64,000 nucleotides of DNA, from contig CAYQKV010000001.1 in NCBI GenBank assembly GCA_964418255.1, forward strand, positions 150,901-214,900, given 5' to 3'. Each line of letters begins with the position of its first letter. The stretch's first letter is position 1. A program made the translations under genes and the position numbers. This stretch comes from an uncultured Christensenella sp. GTDB taxonomy: Bacteria; Bacillota; Clostridia; Christensenellales; DTU072. Shown here piece by piece: positions 1-9,051 of this stretch. The notes beneath the pieces are model-generated. The model was not told the origin of the DNA. It saw nothing but the letters and a program-made list of their open reading frames with translations, and searched no databases.

Positions 1-236
1 AAAAATTTTTTGGCTTCGGGTATTCCGTCAAGCAAACCGTAGTTGCGATAGTCGGTTCCGTTCATTTTTTCTTTAAGCGTTCCGAAAACTTCAAACAAAC
101 CGTCCGACACGTCAAGTTGTTCGGGGTTCGGCTTTCCTCTGCTCATATCGAGTTTCAGATTGAGTTTTTTGTAGGAATCGTATCTTTCTTTTTCCTGTTC
201 GTATATTTTTTTTGCGTTTTCAGGCGTAAATTTCAT
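1..236 (-). CDS. PLP-dependent aminotransferase (class I/II fold), N-terminal 78 codons only; the gene continues past the window start
   Basis: ATG at 236..234 with GAGG 6 nt upstream. Hand translation MKFTPENAKKIYEQEKERYDSYKKLNLKLDMSRGKPNPEQLDVSDGLFEV... stays open to base 1. The LDMSRGKP..QLD signature recalls aspartate-aminotransferase-like enzymes. Confidence 0.5.
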   Translation of the reverse strand, partial: MKFTPENAKKIYEQEKERYDSYKKLNLKLDMSRGKPNPEQLDVSDGLFEVFGTLKEKMNGTDYRNYGLLDGIPEAKKF

Positions 237-252
237 AATATACCTCGTTTAG

Positions 253-1575
253 TTAAATTTCTTCCTTGTCTTTGTTTCTTACTTTAAGATTTATCGGCGT
301 TCCGCTGAAATCGAATGCTTTTCTGAGAGCGTTTTCCAGATATCGTTTATAAGAAAAATGCATTATTTCCTCGTCGTTGACGAATAAAACGAACGTCGGC
401 GGATTAGTCGCCGCTTGCGTAGCGTAATATACTTTGAGTTTTTTTCCGTTACGGGTAGGCGGTTCGTTTACGCTCATCGCGTCCTGCAACACGTCGTTCA
501 GAAGTCCGGTCGTTATCCTTCTCGAAGCGTTTGCATAGACCGCTTCCAGCGCTTCAATCACGTTTCCGACCCTTTGACCCGTCAATGCGCTGATAAACAT
601 AGGTTTATAATAACTCATAAATTTGAGTTCGGCGTCGAGTTTTTCGTTAAATTTGTTTATCGTATAACTGTCCTTAACTACCGCGTCCCACTTATTCATT
701 ATAATGACCGACGGCTTTCTGCTTTCGTGCACAAGTCCGCATATTTTGACGTCCTGTTCGCTCAGTCCTTCCGCCGCGTCGATAACGACCGCAACTACGT
801 CCGCTCTTCTCATCGCGTCGATACTTCTTATAACGCTGTAATACTCGACGTCCTCTTCGACTTTGCTCTTTTTCCTTATTCCCGCGGTGTCGATTATCCG
901 ATAATTTTTATCCCCAATAGCAAACGGCGTGTCTATTGCGTCGCGAGTAGTTCCCGCGATATTGCTGACTATTACACGCTCGAAACCGAGAATTTTATTT
1001 ACAAGGGAACTTTTCCCCGCGTTTGGTTTCCCGACGACGGCGATTTTCAACGCTTCGTCTTCTGCCTCGCTCTCCGCACGCTCGTGAAAATGCGCGACGA
1101 TTGCGTCAAGTAAATCTCCTAAATTAAGGCTGTTTTCCGCAGATACGGGAATAGGTTCGCCCAGCCCCAACGCGTAAAAATCGTAAGCTCCGTACGCCGA
1201 GCCGTTGTCGATTTTGTTTACTGCGAGAACTATCGGTTTTTTCGACATTCTCAACATATCCGCAACGTCGTAGTCGTCGGGCATAATGCCCGTCTTCCCG
1301 TCCACGAAATATAAAATCACGTCCGCAAGGTCTACGGCAAGCTCCGCCTGTCTGCGTATATGCGACCACATTTCGTCTTCGGAATGAATTTCTATACCGC
1401 CCGTGTCCACCATAGTAAAAGTATAGCCGCACCACTCTGCGTCCGCGTATACTCTGTCTCTCGTTACTCCGGGCAAATCCTCTACGATACTGATACGTTT
1501 TCCCGCCATTTTGTTGAAAAACGTGGATTTCCCGACGTTCGGTCTGCCGACAATCGCCACTAATGGTTTAATCAT
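253..1575 (-). CDS. der: Ribosome-associated GTPase Der/EngA (two tandem GTPase domains plus KH-like C-terminus)
   Basis: 440 aa. Two P-loops (GRPNVGKST and GKPNAGKSS), DTGG/DTAG and NKxD motifs. The ATG overlaps the upstream stop (ATGA). Confidence 0.95.
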   Translation of the reverse strand: MIKPLVAIVGRPNVGKSTFFNKMAGKRISIVEDLPGVTRDRVYADAEWCGYTFTMVDTGGIEIHSEDEMWSHIRRQAELAVDLADVILYFVDGKTGIMPDDYDVADMLRMSKKPIVLAVNKIDNGSAYGAYDFYALGLGEPIPVSAENSLNLGDLLDAIVAHFHERAESEAEDEALKIAVVGKPNAGKSSLVNKILGFERVIVSNIAGTTRDAIDTPFAIGDKNYRIIDTAGIRKKSKVEEDVEYYSVIRSIDAMRRADVVAVVIDAAEGLSEQDVKICGLVHESRKPSVIIMNKWDAVVKDSYTINKFNEKLDAELKFMSYYKPMFISALTGQRVGNVIEALEAVYANASRRITTGLLNDVLQDAMSVNEPPTRNGKKLKVYYATQAATNPPTFVLFVNDEEIMHFSYKRYLENALRKAFDFSGTPINLKVRNKDKEEI

Positions 1576-2867
1576 CTCTTTTTACTCCTTCCGCTGACTA
1601 TCGCTTCCAGAAAATCCTCTCCGCCGCAATGGCTTACAACAATTCTTTTCCGTAACTTTTTAGATAATTCTTTAAGCGTAATTCCGTCCAAAAATACGTC
1701 TTCGAACTCTTTAAGCATTACCGACGGTATCATAAGGAAATCTTCTTTGAATGTATTTTTTCCGTATTGCGCAATAATATCCGTCGCCGTAACGAGTCCC
1801 GTGACGGTGACGCTTCTCCCGAAAAAATCGTTTTTTACTACGTAAATATTGATTTGCACGTCGGGATATTTCTCGTTTACCGCGTCGCGCGCCCGTATCA
1901 TACTGCTTTCGCCGCTTACGCCGGTTATTATGCCGATTTTCCGCTTAATTTTCTTGTCGGGCGCAAAAGAAATCGCGTCGTTAAGTTCCGACATAAACTT
2001 CGAAATTACGCCCACTCCGTTTTCTATCTGTTCGTACTGTCCGTAGTATTCCGCGTCTCTTACCGGCAACTCGGCTATCTGATACATTTCGTCGGAACAG
2101 TAACAAAAACTCGGGTGACTCCGATAAAAACTTTCCGTAAGCTCTATCGCGTCTCGCGCCTGTTCTTTGGTAAGAGGGTCAATATGATACTTCCCCTCTC
2201 TGTGTCCCGTCAACCCGACGGGAACAACGGCTACCGTAGATACTCCGAGAGCATAAAGGTCGGCAAGAGATTTTTCAAGCTGTTTACCGTCGTTTATCCC
2301 GCCTACGAGGACTATTTGCGCGTGTATGGTTATCCCCGCTTTTATCAACCTGTCTATAAGCTCGGTTTGCGGCGGGCATTTTTTTATTCCGAGTAAAAAT
2401 TTTCTCACTGCTTCATCCGTAGCGTGAACGGAAACGTAAAGCGGAGAAAGTTTGTAATCTATTATTCGTTGAATATCCGTTTCGGTTAAGTTCGTTCCCG
2501 TTATGTAAGAACCGCTTATAAAACTCAGTCGATAATCGTCGTCTTTAACGTAGAGAGTATCTCTAAGTCCTTTGGGTAGTTGTTTTACAAAACAGAAAAT
2601 ACAGTTATTGTGACATTCTCTCGGTTTGATTTCCACGCTTTCGTCAAATTCAAGCCCGAGGGTATCAAATTCGTTTTCCTTTACGAATTTAACTTTTTTC
2701 TCCTCGCCTCGGCGATATATCGTCAGTTCTCCTTCCGAAAGGCTGTCCGCATATATATAATCGAGAATATCGACAAATTCTCTTCCGCAAAAAGCCTTAA
2801 CTTCGTCTCCGACGAAAACGTTGCCGCGAAGAATACTTTCCGAAAGAATTTTCTTAACAAATGCCAT
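1572..2867 (-). CDS. DUF512-type radical SAM protein (the usual upstream partner of der in Firmicutes)
   Basis: CHNNCIFC radical-SAM cysteine motif. 4-nt overlap with der. I prefer the ATG at 2867; the ORF-track start at 2894 is a TTG nine codons upstream. Confidence 0.75.
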   Translation of the reverse strand: MAFVKKILSESILRGNVFVGDEVKAFCGREFVDILDYIYADSLSEGELTIYRRGEEKKVKFVKENEFDTLGLEFDESVEIKPRECHNNCIFCFVKQLPKGLRDTLYVKDDDYRLSFISGSYITGTNLTETDIQRIIDYKLSPLYVSVHATDEAVRKFLLGIKKCPPQTELIDRLIKAGITIHAQIVLVGGINDGKQLEKSLADLYALGVSTVAVVPVGLTGHREGKYHIDPLTKEQARDAIELTESFYRSHPSFCYCSDEMYQIAELPVRDAEYYGQYEQIENGVGVISKFMSELNDAISFAPDKKIKRKIGIITGVSGESSMIRARDAVNEKYPDVQINIYVVKNDFFGRSVTVTGLVTATDIIAQYGKNTFKEDFLMIPSVMLKEFEDVFLDGITLKELSKKLRKRIVVSHCGGEDFLEAIVSGRSKKR

Positions 2868-2944
2868 ACGCCTATTATCGTATATTTGGCGCAAAATGTC
2901 AAATATTCCCTTGTAAAATAGATATAAAATGTTATAATATAATT

Positions 2945-4606
2945 ATGCCGAACGACGTAATAACTCTTTCCGCAGCGGTAAGCGAATTGAAAACTCTGCT
3001 TACCGGCGGACGAATAGAAAAAATTTATCAACCGGAAACGGACGAAATTACGCTCAGCGTAAAGAATTCCCGTAAATCGAACACGCTTGTCATCAGCGCA
3101 AATCCATCTCATCCGAGAATACATATAACCGCGCAAAAAAAGGAAAATTCCTATACCGCGCCTGCCTTTTGTATGCTTCTCCGAAAACATATTTCCGGCG
3201 GTTTTATCGAAAACGTAGAAATATTCAACTCCGACCGCATAGTCAAAATCACCGTTATCAACAAGAACGAACTTAAAGACTCAAACCGCTTTTTTTTAAT
3301 GGCGGAACTGATGGGAAGATACAGCAACGTAATTCTTACTTCGGAAAATTTCAAAATCATAGACGCGATACGGCGTATCCACTTCGACCAGAGCACTACG
3401 CGCTATATCTTGCCTAATCTCGAATACACGCTCCAACCGAAATCGAGAATATCTCTCGACGAAACGGAAAAATTATCGGAATTTTTCGCAAAAAGCGAAA
3501 TAAATAGCGATTCGCTTATTAAAAACATAAACGGAATAAGTAAAGAAACCGCCAAAGAAATCGCCTCTTCCACTTGCCCGAAAGAAAAATTCTACGAACT
3601 TCTCAATATTAACAATTCGGATACCTATTATCCGTGTTTGAGATACGAAAACGGCGTTCTTAAAGATTATTACGTTTACCCATACGAAACGCTTCGCGGC
3701 GAATTTATAATTTATCCTACGCTTAACGAAGCTCTTGACGCGTTTTACGGTTTGTACGACGGTTCCGAAAGAAAAAAGGCGTCGACCAAAACCGTTACCA
3801 CCGTTCTCAAACGCCTTAAAGCAAAGACCGAACGACGCATTGCCGATAACGAAGCAAAACTCGCGGAATTGGACAAGGCTATGTATTATCAGAAATGCGG
3901 CGAACTGATTTTATCCAATATTTATGCAATAAAACCGCGCGACGTTATTCTTAAATGCATCGACTACTATGAAGATAAGCCCGTCGAAATTTCGCTCGAC
4001 CCGAAACTTACGCCTTCCGACAACGCTCAACAATATTTCAAAAAATACGCAAAGCTTAAACGCGCGGCGGAAATAGCAAAAAATCAGCTTGACGCGCTAA
4101 AAGAACAGCGCGAATATCTCGAATCGGTGGAAGTAAGCATAAGCAACTGTTCTTTGAAATCGGAATACGACGAAATACTCGAAGAGCTTAATTCTTTATC
4201 GGGTTTACGAAATCCGCTTAAAAGGCGCACGCTCAAAGAAAAGCCTACGGGACCGACTCGTTTTACCGTAGAAGGCTATTCCGTTTATTTCGGAAAAAAC
4301 AATCTGCAAAACAACGAAGTTACTTTCTCCGTCGGGGACGGCGGCGACACCTGGTTGCACGTCAAAGCGCACCACGGCGCGCACGTCATAATTAAAGGTA
4401 AACCCCCGCAGGAAGTAATCGAAAAATGCGCCCGCGTCGCCGCCTATTACAGTTCGGCAAAAAATTCGGAAAAAGTCGAAGTCGATTACACATTGAGAAA
4501 GCACGTCAAAAAAATTCCATCGGCGATGCCGGGAATGGTGACATACACAAATTACCGTTCTCTGCTCGTTTCTCCGACGGATTATACAACAATATGCGAC
4601 AAATAA
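2945..4606 (+). CDS. rqcH: RqcH / NFACT-family ribosome quality control protein (fibronectin-binding protein A-like)
   Basis: The N-terminus MPNDVITLSAAVSELKTLLTGGRIEKIYQP..., a coiled-coil middle region and a C-terminal NFACT-R-like region (GDTWLHVKAHHGAHVII) are typical of the family. The ATG at 2945 removes a 28-codon extension that overlaps the divergent gene. Confidence 0.85.
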   Translation: MPNDVITLSAAVSELKTLLTGGRIEKIYQPETDEITLSVKNSRKSNTLVISANPSHPRIHITAQKKENSYTAPAFCMLLRKHISGGFIENVEIFNSDRIVKITVINKNELKDSNRFFLMAELMGRYSNVILTSENFKIIDAIRRIHFDQSTTRYILPNLEYTLQPKSRISLDETEKLSEFFAKSEINSDSLIKNINGISKETAKEIASSTCPKEKFYELLNINNSDTYYPCLRYENGVLKDYYVYPYETLRGEFIIYPTLNEALDAFYGLYDGSERKKASTKTVTTVLKRLKAKTERRIADNEAKLAELDKAMYYQKCGELILSNIYAIKPRDVILKCIDYYEDKPVEISLDPKLTPSDNAQQYFKKYAKLKRAAEIAKNQLDALKEQREYLESVEVSISNCSLKSEYDEILEELNSLSGLRNPLKRRTLKEKPTGPTRFTVEGYSVYFGKNNLQNNEVTFSVGDGGDTWLHVKAHHGAHVIIKGKPPQEVIEKCARVAAYYSSAKNSEKVEVDYTLRKHVKKIPSAMPGMVTYTNYRSLLVSPTDYTTICDK

Positions 4607-4618
4607 CGGAGTAACATT

Positions 4619-5815
4619 ATGAAATCACTCAAAGAACTTTATCAAATCGGAATAGGTCCGTCATCTTCTCACACAATGGCTCCCGAAAAAATTGCCAAAT
4701 ATCTTCTAAGCAAATATCCTGAAGCCACGGGTTATAAGATTACCCTTTACGGGTCTCTTGCACTGACCGGCAAAGGACACGGCACGGACGTCGTTCTCAA
4801 AAAAATACTCGGAGAAAATACGCAAATCGTTTTCGATACTTCGAAAAAAAATCTTCCTCACGTCAACACTCTCGACGCGGAAGTTTACAGTCGCGACAAC
4901 TGCATAGCCCGTCATCGCGCTTACAGCCTCGGCGGCGGCGCAATAGAAATCGAGAACGAACCCGTAGTCGTTCCTCCCGAGGTTTATCCTCTTAATACTT
5001 TTGACGAAATTAAGCAATATTGCGAAGACAATGAAATGCGTCTATGCGATTACGTATATAAATACGAACCGGAAATTAAAGACTACCTTGCGGAAATATG
5101 GGAACAAATGTGTCTTTCGATAAAAAAAGGACTTAAAACCGACGGCATTCTTCCCGGAGGGCTGAACGTTAAGCGCAAGGCAAAATTCCTGTTCCAGCAA
5201 AGACATATCGACGAATCCCCCGAAACGCGCGAAAATCGTCTCGTCTGCTCGTATGCGTTTGCCGTGGCGGAAGAAAACGCCGCGGGCGGTTATGTGGTAA
5301 CCGCTCCTACCTGCGGTTCTTGCGGGGTAGTCCCCTCCGCTTTTTATTACATTAAAAATACCCGACACGTCTCCGACGAAGACATAATAAACGGTCTCGC
5401 TACCGCGGGACTAATCGGAAACCTCATCAAAACAAACGCTTCCATAAGCGGAGCGGAATGCGGTTGCCAGGCGGAAATCGGCAGCGCCTGCGCTATGGCT
5501 GCCGGCGGTCTCGCGGAAATCTTTTCATTAAGCGCAGACCAAATAGAATACGCCGCGGAAATTTCCATTGAACACCACCTCGGACTTACCTGTGACCCCG
5601 TCAACGGACTTGTTCAGATACCCTGTATCGAACGAAACGCCGTCGCCGCTATGCGCGCACTCAACGCGCTCAGCCTTGCCGATTTCCTCTCCTCTACCAG
5701 AACGGTATCTCTCGACACAATTATTCAGACTATGTACGAAACGGGCAAAGACCTCTCAAACCGTTATAAAGAAACCAGCGAAGCGGGTATGGCTAAACTC
5801 TATAAAAGAATATAG
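4619..5815 (+). CDS. sdaA: L-serine ammonia-lyase (iron-sulfur dependent, single-chain form)
   Basis: The N-terminal IGIGPSSSHT motif, GSLALTGKGHGTD and the C-terminal cysteine-containing catalytic domain (TAPTCGSCG) are present. GGAG RBS. Confidence 0.85.
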   Translation: MKSLKELYQIGIGPSSSHTMAPEKIAKYLLSKYPEATGYKITLYGSLALTGKGHGTDVVLKKILGENTQIVFDTSKKNLPHVNTLDAEVYSRDNCIARHRAYSLGGGAIEIENEPVVVPPEVYPLNTFDEIKQYCEDNEMRLCDYVYKYEPEIKDYLAEIWEQMCLSIKKGLKTDGILPGGLNVKRKAKFLFQQRHIDESPETRENRLVCSYAFAVAEENAAGGYVVTAPTCGSCGVVPSAFYYIKNTRHVSDEDIINGLATAGLIGNLIKTNASISGAECGCQAEIGSACAMAAGGLAEIFSLSADQIEYAAEISIEHHLGLTCDPVNGLVQIPCIERNAVAAMRALNALSLADFLSSTRTVSLDTIIQTMYETGKDLSNRYKETSEAGMAKLYKRI

Positions 5816-5838
5816 TTTTTCATAAACAATTTCAAATT

Positions 5839-5868
5839 AAAACGGCGTTCCGTCGAGAACGCCGTTTT
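5839..5868. terminator. Bidirectional intrinsic terminator shared by sdaA (+) and pyrP (-)
   Basis: AAAACGGCGTTC-cgtcga-GAACGCCGTTTT: a 10-bp stem flanked by an A-run and a T-run, between convergent genes. Confidence 0.85.
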
Positions 5869-5891
5869 GTTATGTTTAATTTAGTTACTTA

Positions 5892-7430
5892 TTAGTCGGA
5901 AACCGTTTCTTTTTCGGTCGCGCTTTCCGCAATAACTTCTTCCGTTTTCTCTTCTTCAAACGCTTTTTCGTCGTCGATTTCTTTGAGCGCCGACTCCGCA
6001 GTTCCGTCTACGTACGCCGCGGGAAGACTATCTCCGCCCTCTTCTTTATCAGTGTCCTTTTCTTTCTTCCCGAAAATTGCGTTGATAATTATTCCGAGAA
6101 TAAGAGCGGTAGCGATAGAACTAATCGTGACAATCGCTTTACCTTGCGTCGCAAGACCGAACTGCAAGCTCAGTCCGCCGATACCGGATACGAGGATAGC
6201 GCTTACGGTAAACAGGTTTTTGCTTTCGCCGAGGTCGATACCTCTGAGCATATTCAGACCGCTGACCGCGATAAATCCGTACAGAGCGAGGCATACGCCG
6301 CCCATTACGCAGGAAGGTATAGTTTCGAGGAACGCCATTACGGGCGAAACGAAAGCAAGCACTATCGAAAGAACAGCCGCACCGAGAATGCTTACTACCG
6401 ACGCGTTTCTTGTGATAGCTACGCATCCGACCGATTCGCCGTAAGTCGTGTTCGGGCAGCCTCCGAATATAGCACCTACGAAAGAACCGACGCCGTCTCC
6501 GAGGAGGGTTCTGTGCAAACCGGGTTTAACGAGAAGGTCGCGTTCGATAACCGAGCTGATGTTCTTGTGGTCGGCGATGTGTTCGGCAAAGACGACGAAA
6601 GAAACGGGGATGTATAAGAGCGCAATCGTTGCGACAGCCGCGCCGTCGAGGCTTTGAAGTTTGGTAATTCCGTCAAGAGCCGTATCCGTCGCAAGGAAGG
6701 TGAATTTGGGGTAATCGAGGAAACTCTGAATGGTTACATTCTTGAAGTTGTCGATTAAAGGCGTGAAATCAATGATTTTGAGGTAGTCGACTTCGCAGGC
6801 ATAACCGAATATCGAGAAGAACGCCGCAAGCGCATATCCCGACAGAATTCCGATAATGAACGGAATGATTTTCATCGTTTTGTTTCCTTTTACCGAGCAG
6901 AATACTACCACGAAGAAGGTAAACAGACCGCAGAGTATAGCGACGAGGTTGTAAGACATACCCGAGCCGCTTGCCGACGTAAGACTGCTTACCGCGCTTC
7001 CAGAAAGGGACAATCCGATAAGAGCAACGGTAGGTCCGATAACAACCGCGGGCATCAGTTTGTTTATCCATTTCGTTCCCGCAAATTTAACAAGCAACGC
7101 GATGATTACGTAAACGAGCGCCGCAAACGCCGCGCCGATTAAGATACCGAAATATCCGAATACCGCCGCGCCCGCAAGGGGGGAAATAAACGCAAAAGAG
7201 CTTCCGAGGAATACCGGGCTCTTGAATTTGGTAAACAGAAGATAAGTAATCGTGCCGAGTCCTGCGCCTACAAGCGCGGCAGCCTGGTCAAGCACGGGAT
7301 AACCGAGAATTCCGTTCACAACGGCGGGTACCGTTATCGTCGCCGCGATAATCGCAAGCAACTGCTGAATGGAAAACACAATCAGTTTACTAAACTTCGG
7401 TTTGTCTTCAACATTATAAACAAGTTTCAT
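5892..7430 (-). CDS. pyrP: NCS2-family uracil permease with an acidic C-terminal tail
   Basis: 512 aa polytopic membrane protein. NCS2-like glycine-rich helices. Lies immediately downstream of pyrR, as in Firmicute pyr operons. GGAG RBS. Confidence 0.8.
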   Translation of the reverse strand: MKLVYNVEDKPKFSKLIVFSIQQLLAIIAATITVPAVVNGILGYPVLDQAAALVGAGLGTITYLLFTKFKSPVFLGSSFAFISPLAGAAVFGYFGILIGAAFAALVYVIIALLVKFAGTKWINKLMPAVVIGPTVALIGLSLSGSAVSSLTSASGSGMSYNLVAILCGLFTFFVVVFCSVKGNKTMKIIPFIIGILSGYALAAFFSIFGYACEVDYLKIIDFTPLIDNFKNVTIQSFLDYPKFTFLATDTALDGITKLQSLDGAAVATIALLYIPVSFVVFAEHIADHKNISSVIERDLLVKPGLHRTLLGDGVGSFVGAIFGGCPNTTYGESVGCVAITRNASVVSILGAAVLSIVLAFVSPVMAFLETIPSCVMGGVCLALYGFIAVSGLNMLRGIDLGESKNLFTVSAILVSGIGGLSLQFGLATQGKAIVTISSIATALILGIIINAIFGKKEKDTDKEEGGDSLPAAYVDGTAESALKEIDDEKAFEEEKTEEVIAESATEKETVSD

Positions 7431-7455
7431 AGTGTCTCTCCTTTTGTTTTTTAGT

Positions 7456-8013
7456 TTATTTTTTTGTTTTGTTTTTTTCGAGCAGAAGCACTTTGTCTTC
7501 TCCGTCCGTTTCTTCGAGCAGAACTTTTACCTCCTCTTCCCTCGAAGTCGGCATATTTTTACCGACGAAATCCGCTCTGAACGGCAATTCGCGATGCCCT
7601 CTGTCGACAAGCACGGCAAGTTGAATACTTCTCGGTCTCCCCGTCCTTATAAGCGCTTCTATCCCCGCTCTCGCGGTTCTGCCGGTAAACAAAACGTCGT
7701 CTACGAGAACGATATCTCTTCCGACGACGTTAAAATCGAATTCCGGTAAAACAGGCTTTGACATCAGAGTTAAATCGTCTCTGAAATTCGAAATATCAAG
7801 AACACCCGTATCCAACGCGACGTTCTCAAACGATAAAATAAAGTCGCGTATTCTGTTTGCGAGCGGCACGCCTCTTGTCTTTATCCCGACAAGCGCGACG
7901 TTGGATAAATCGTCGTTTTTTTCCACGATTTCGTGAGCAATACGGGCAATAGTACGCCTTATTGCGTCCTTTTCAAGCATTATTCCTTTAATACTTTCGA
8001 CTTCCAGCGTCAT
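7456..8013 (-). CDS. pyrR: Bifunctional pyr mRNA-binding attenuation protein / uracil phosphoribosyltransferase PyrR
   Basis: 185 aa. PRTase motif VLVDDVLFTGRT. N-terminus as in PyrR (IMLEKDAIRRTIARIAHEI). Preceded by a PyrR-type attenuator. Confidence 0.93.
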   Translation of the reverse strand: MTLEVESIKGIMLEKDAIRRTIARIAHEIVEKNDDLSNVALVGIKTRGVPLANRIRDFILSFENVALDTGVLDISNFRDDLTLMSKPVLPEFDFNVVGRDIVLVDDVLFTGRTARAGIEALIRTGRPRSIQLAVLVDRGHRELPFRADFVGKNMPTSREEEVKVLLEETDGEDKVLLLEKNKTKK

Positions 8014-8022
8014 ATCGCTCCT

Positions 8023-8114
8023 AAAAATAAAGCCTGTTGCGAGATACGCAAAACAGGCTGAACAATCGTATGTAATATTTCGATGGCAACTTGTCGGTAT
8101 CTCTGTACCAAGTT
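8023..8114 (-). promoter_or_regulatory. PyrR-responsive transcription attenuator (binding loop plus intrinsic terminator) in the pyrR leader
   Basis: Minus strand: hairpin AACUUGGUA-CAGAGA-UACCGACAAGUU (8114..8088) carries the CAGAGA core of the PyrR binding loop. Downstream, AGCCUGUUuuGCG-uaucu-CGCAACAGGCU followed by UUAUUUUU (8059..8023) ends 10 nt before the AGGAG RBS. Confidence 0.75.
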
Positions 8115-8132
8115 AAAGTTTTATTGTCACCT

Positions 8133-8161
8133 ATATTAGCACACCGTTTTTTCAAAAGCAA
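8133..8161 (-). promoter_or_regulatory. Sigma-A-type promoter of the pyrR-pyrP operon
   Basis: Minus strand TTGCTT-17 nt-TAATAT with TG at -15/-14. Confidence 0.55.
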
Positions 8162-8178
8162 ACGTTTTTTGCAATTTT

Positions 8179-9051
8179 TTATAAATTTTTTCCGAATCTC
8201 ATAAATGCGCTGCAACCGCACGGCAAAGTTATTCCGTCTTCTCCCTTAATTCCGATTTCATCCGCGTCGATTTCTCCGTGAGGAATATCTCCCAATACAA
8301 TTTGTAATATATTTTTCATCGCGCCGGGTTGCAAGCCCGTTGTGTAAGAATTTATCAGATAAAAAGATGGGTCGTCGCTTAAAATTTGTCCGGTGAGTTT
8401 TACGAGAGAAAATATGCCGTCCTCAATTTTCCACGTCTCGCCTTTCGGTCCGCGCCCGTAACTCGGCGGGTCCATAATAACGGCGTCGTATTTCTTCCCT
8501 CTCCGAATTTCCTTTTCCACAAATTTTATACAGTCGTCGACTATAAAACGCGCCTTACTTTCGTCAACGCCGCTCAACGTGCAGTTCTCTTTCGCTATAT
8601 CGCACATAGATTTCGCCGCGTCCACGTGACATACTCTTGCGCCTGCGGCAAGACAAGCGACCGTAGCTCCCCCCGTATAGCCGAACAGATTGAGAACGCG
8701 TACTTCCCTCCCTTCGCTTTTAATAACGTCCGTCATCCTCGCCCAGTTTACGGCTTGCTCGGGAAAAATACCCGTATGCTTGAAATTCATCAGTTTAAGT
8801 TTGAAAGTAAGACCTCTCCAATGAACATAGAAAAAATCGGGAACTTTTTTCATCGTTTCCCACGCGCCGCCCCCGGTTCTGCTTCTTCGATAAACGCCGT
8901 TGAGTCCTTTATATGTATCCAAAGGAAAAGGCGCTTCCCATATAACCTGCGGGTCGGGTCTCAATAAAGTTACGCCGTTGAAACATTCGATTTTTTCTCC
9001 GTTTCCGGTCGCTATCAGTTTATAATCTTTCCATTCAGAGTTGGTTTTCAT
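8179..9051 (-). CDS. Class I SAM-dependent methyltransferase, RlmI/COG1092-like catalytic domain without a PUA domain
   Basis: 290 aa. LNLFGYTGGATVACLAAGARVCHVDAAK (SAM pocket) and IMDPPSYGRG motifs. Its ATG shares one base with the stop of the upstream 923-aa gene (TGATG). Confidence 0.65.
   Translation of the reverse strand: MKTNSEWKDYKLIATGNGEKIECFNGVTLLRPDPQVIWEAPFPLDTYKGLNGVYRRSRTGGGAWETMKKVPDFFYVHWRGLTFKLKLMNFKHTGIFPEQAVNWARMTDVIKSEGREVRVLNLFGYTGGATVACLAAGARVCHVDAAKSMCDIAKENCTLSGVDESKARFIVDDCIKFVEKEIRRGKKYDAVIMDPPSYGRGPKGETWKIEDGIFSLVKLTGQILSDDPSFYLINSYTTGLQPGAMKNILQIVLGDIPHGEIDADEIGIKGEDGITLPCGCSAFMRFGKNL

Noticed and set aside
8021-8221. 66-aa ORF spanning the pyrR leader.
   Set aside because: It overlaps the promoter, the PyrR binding loop and the terminator. 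It has no RBS, and the region is better explained as an attenuator RNA.
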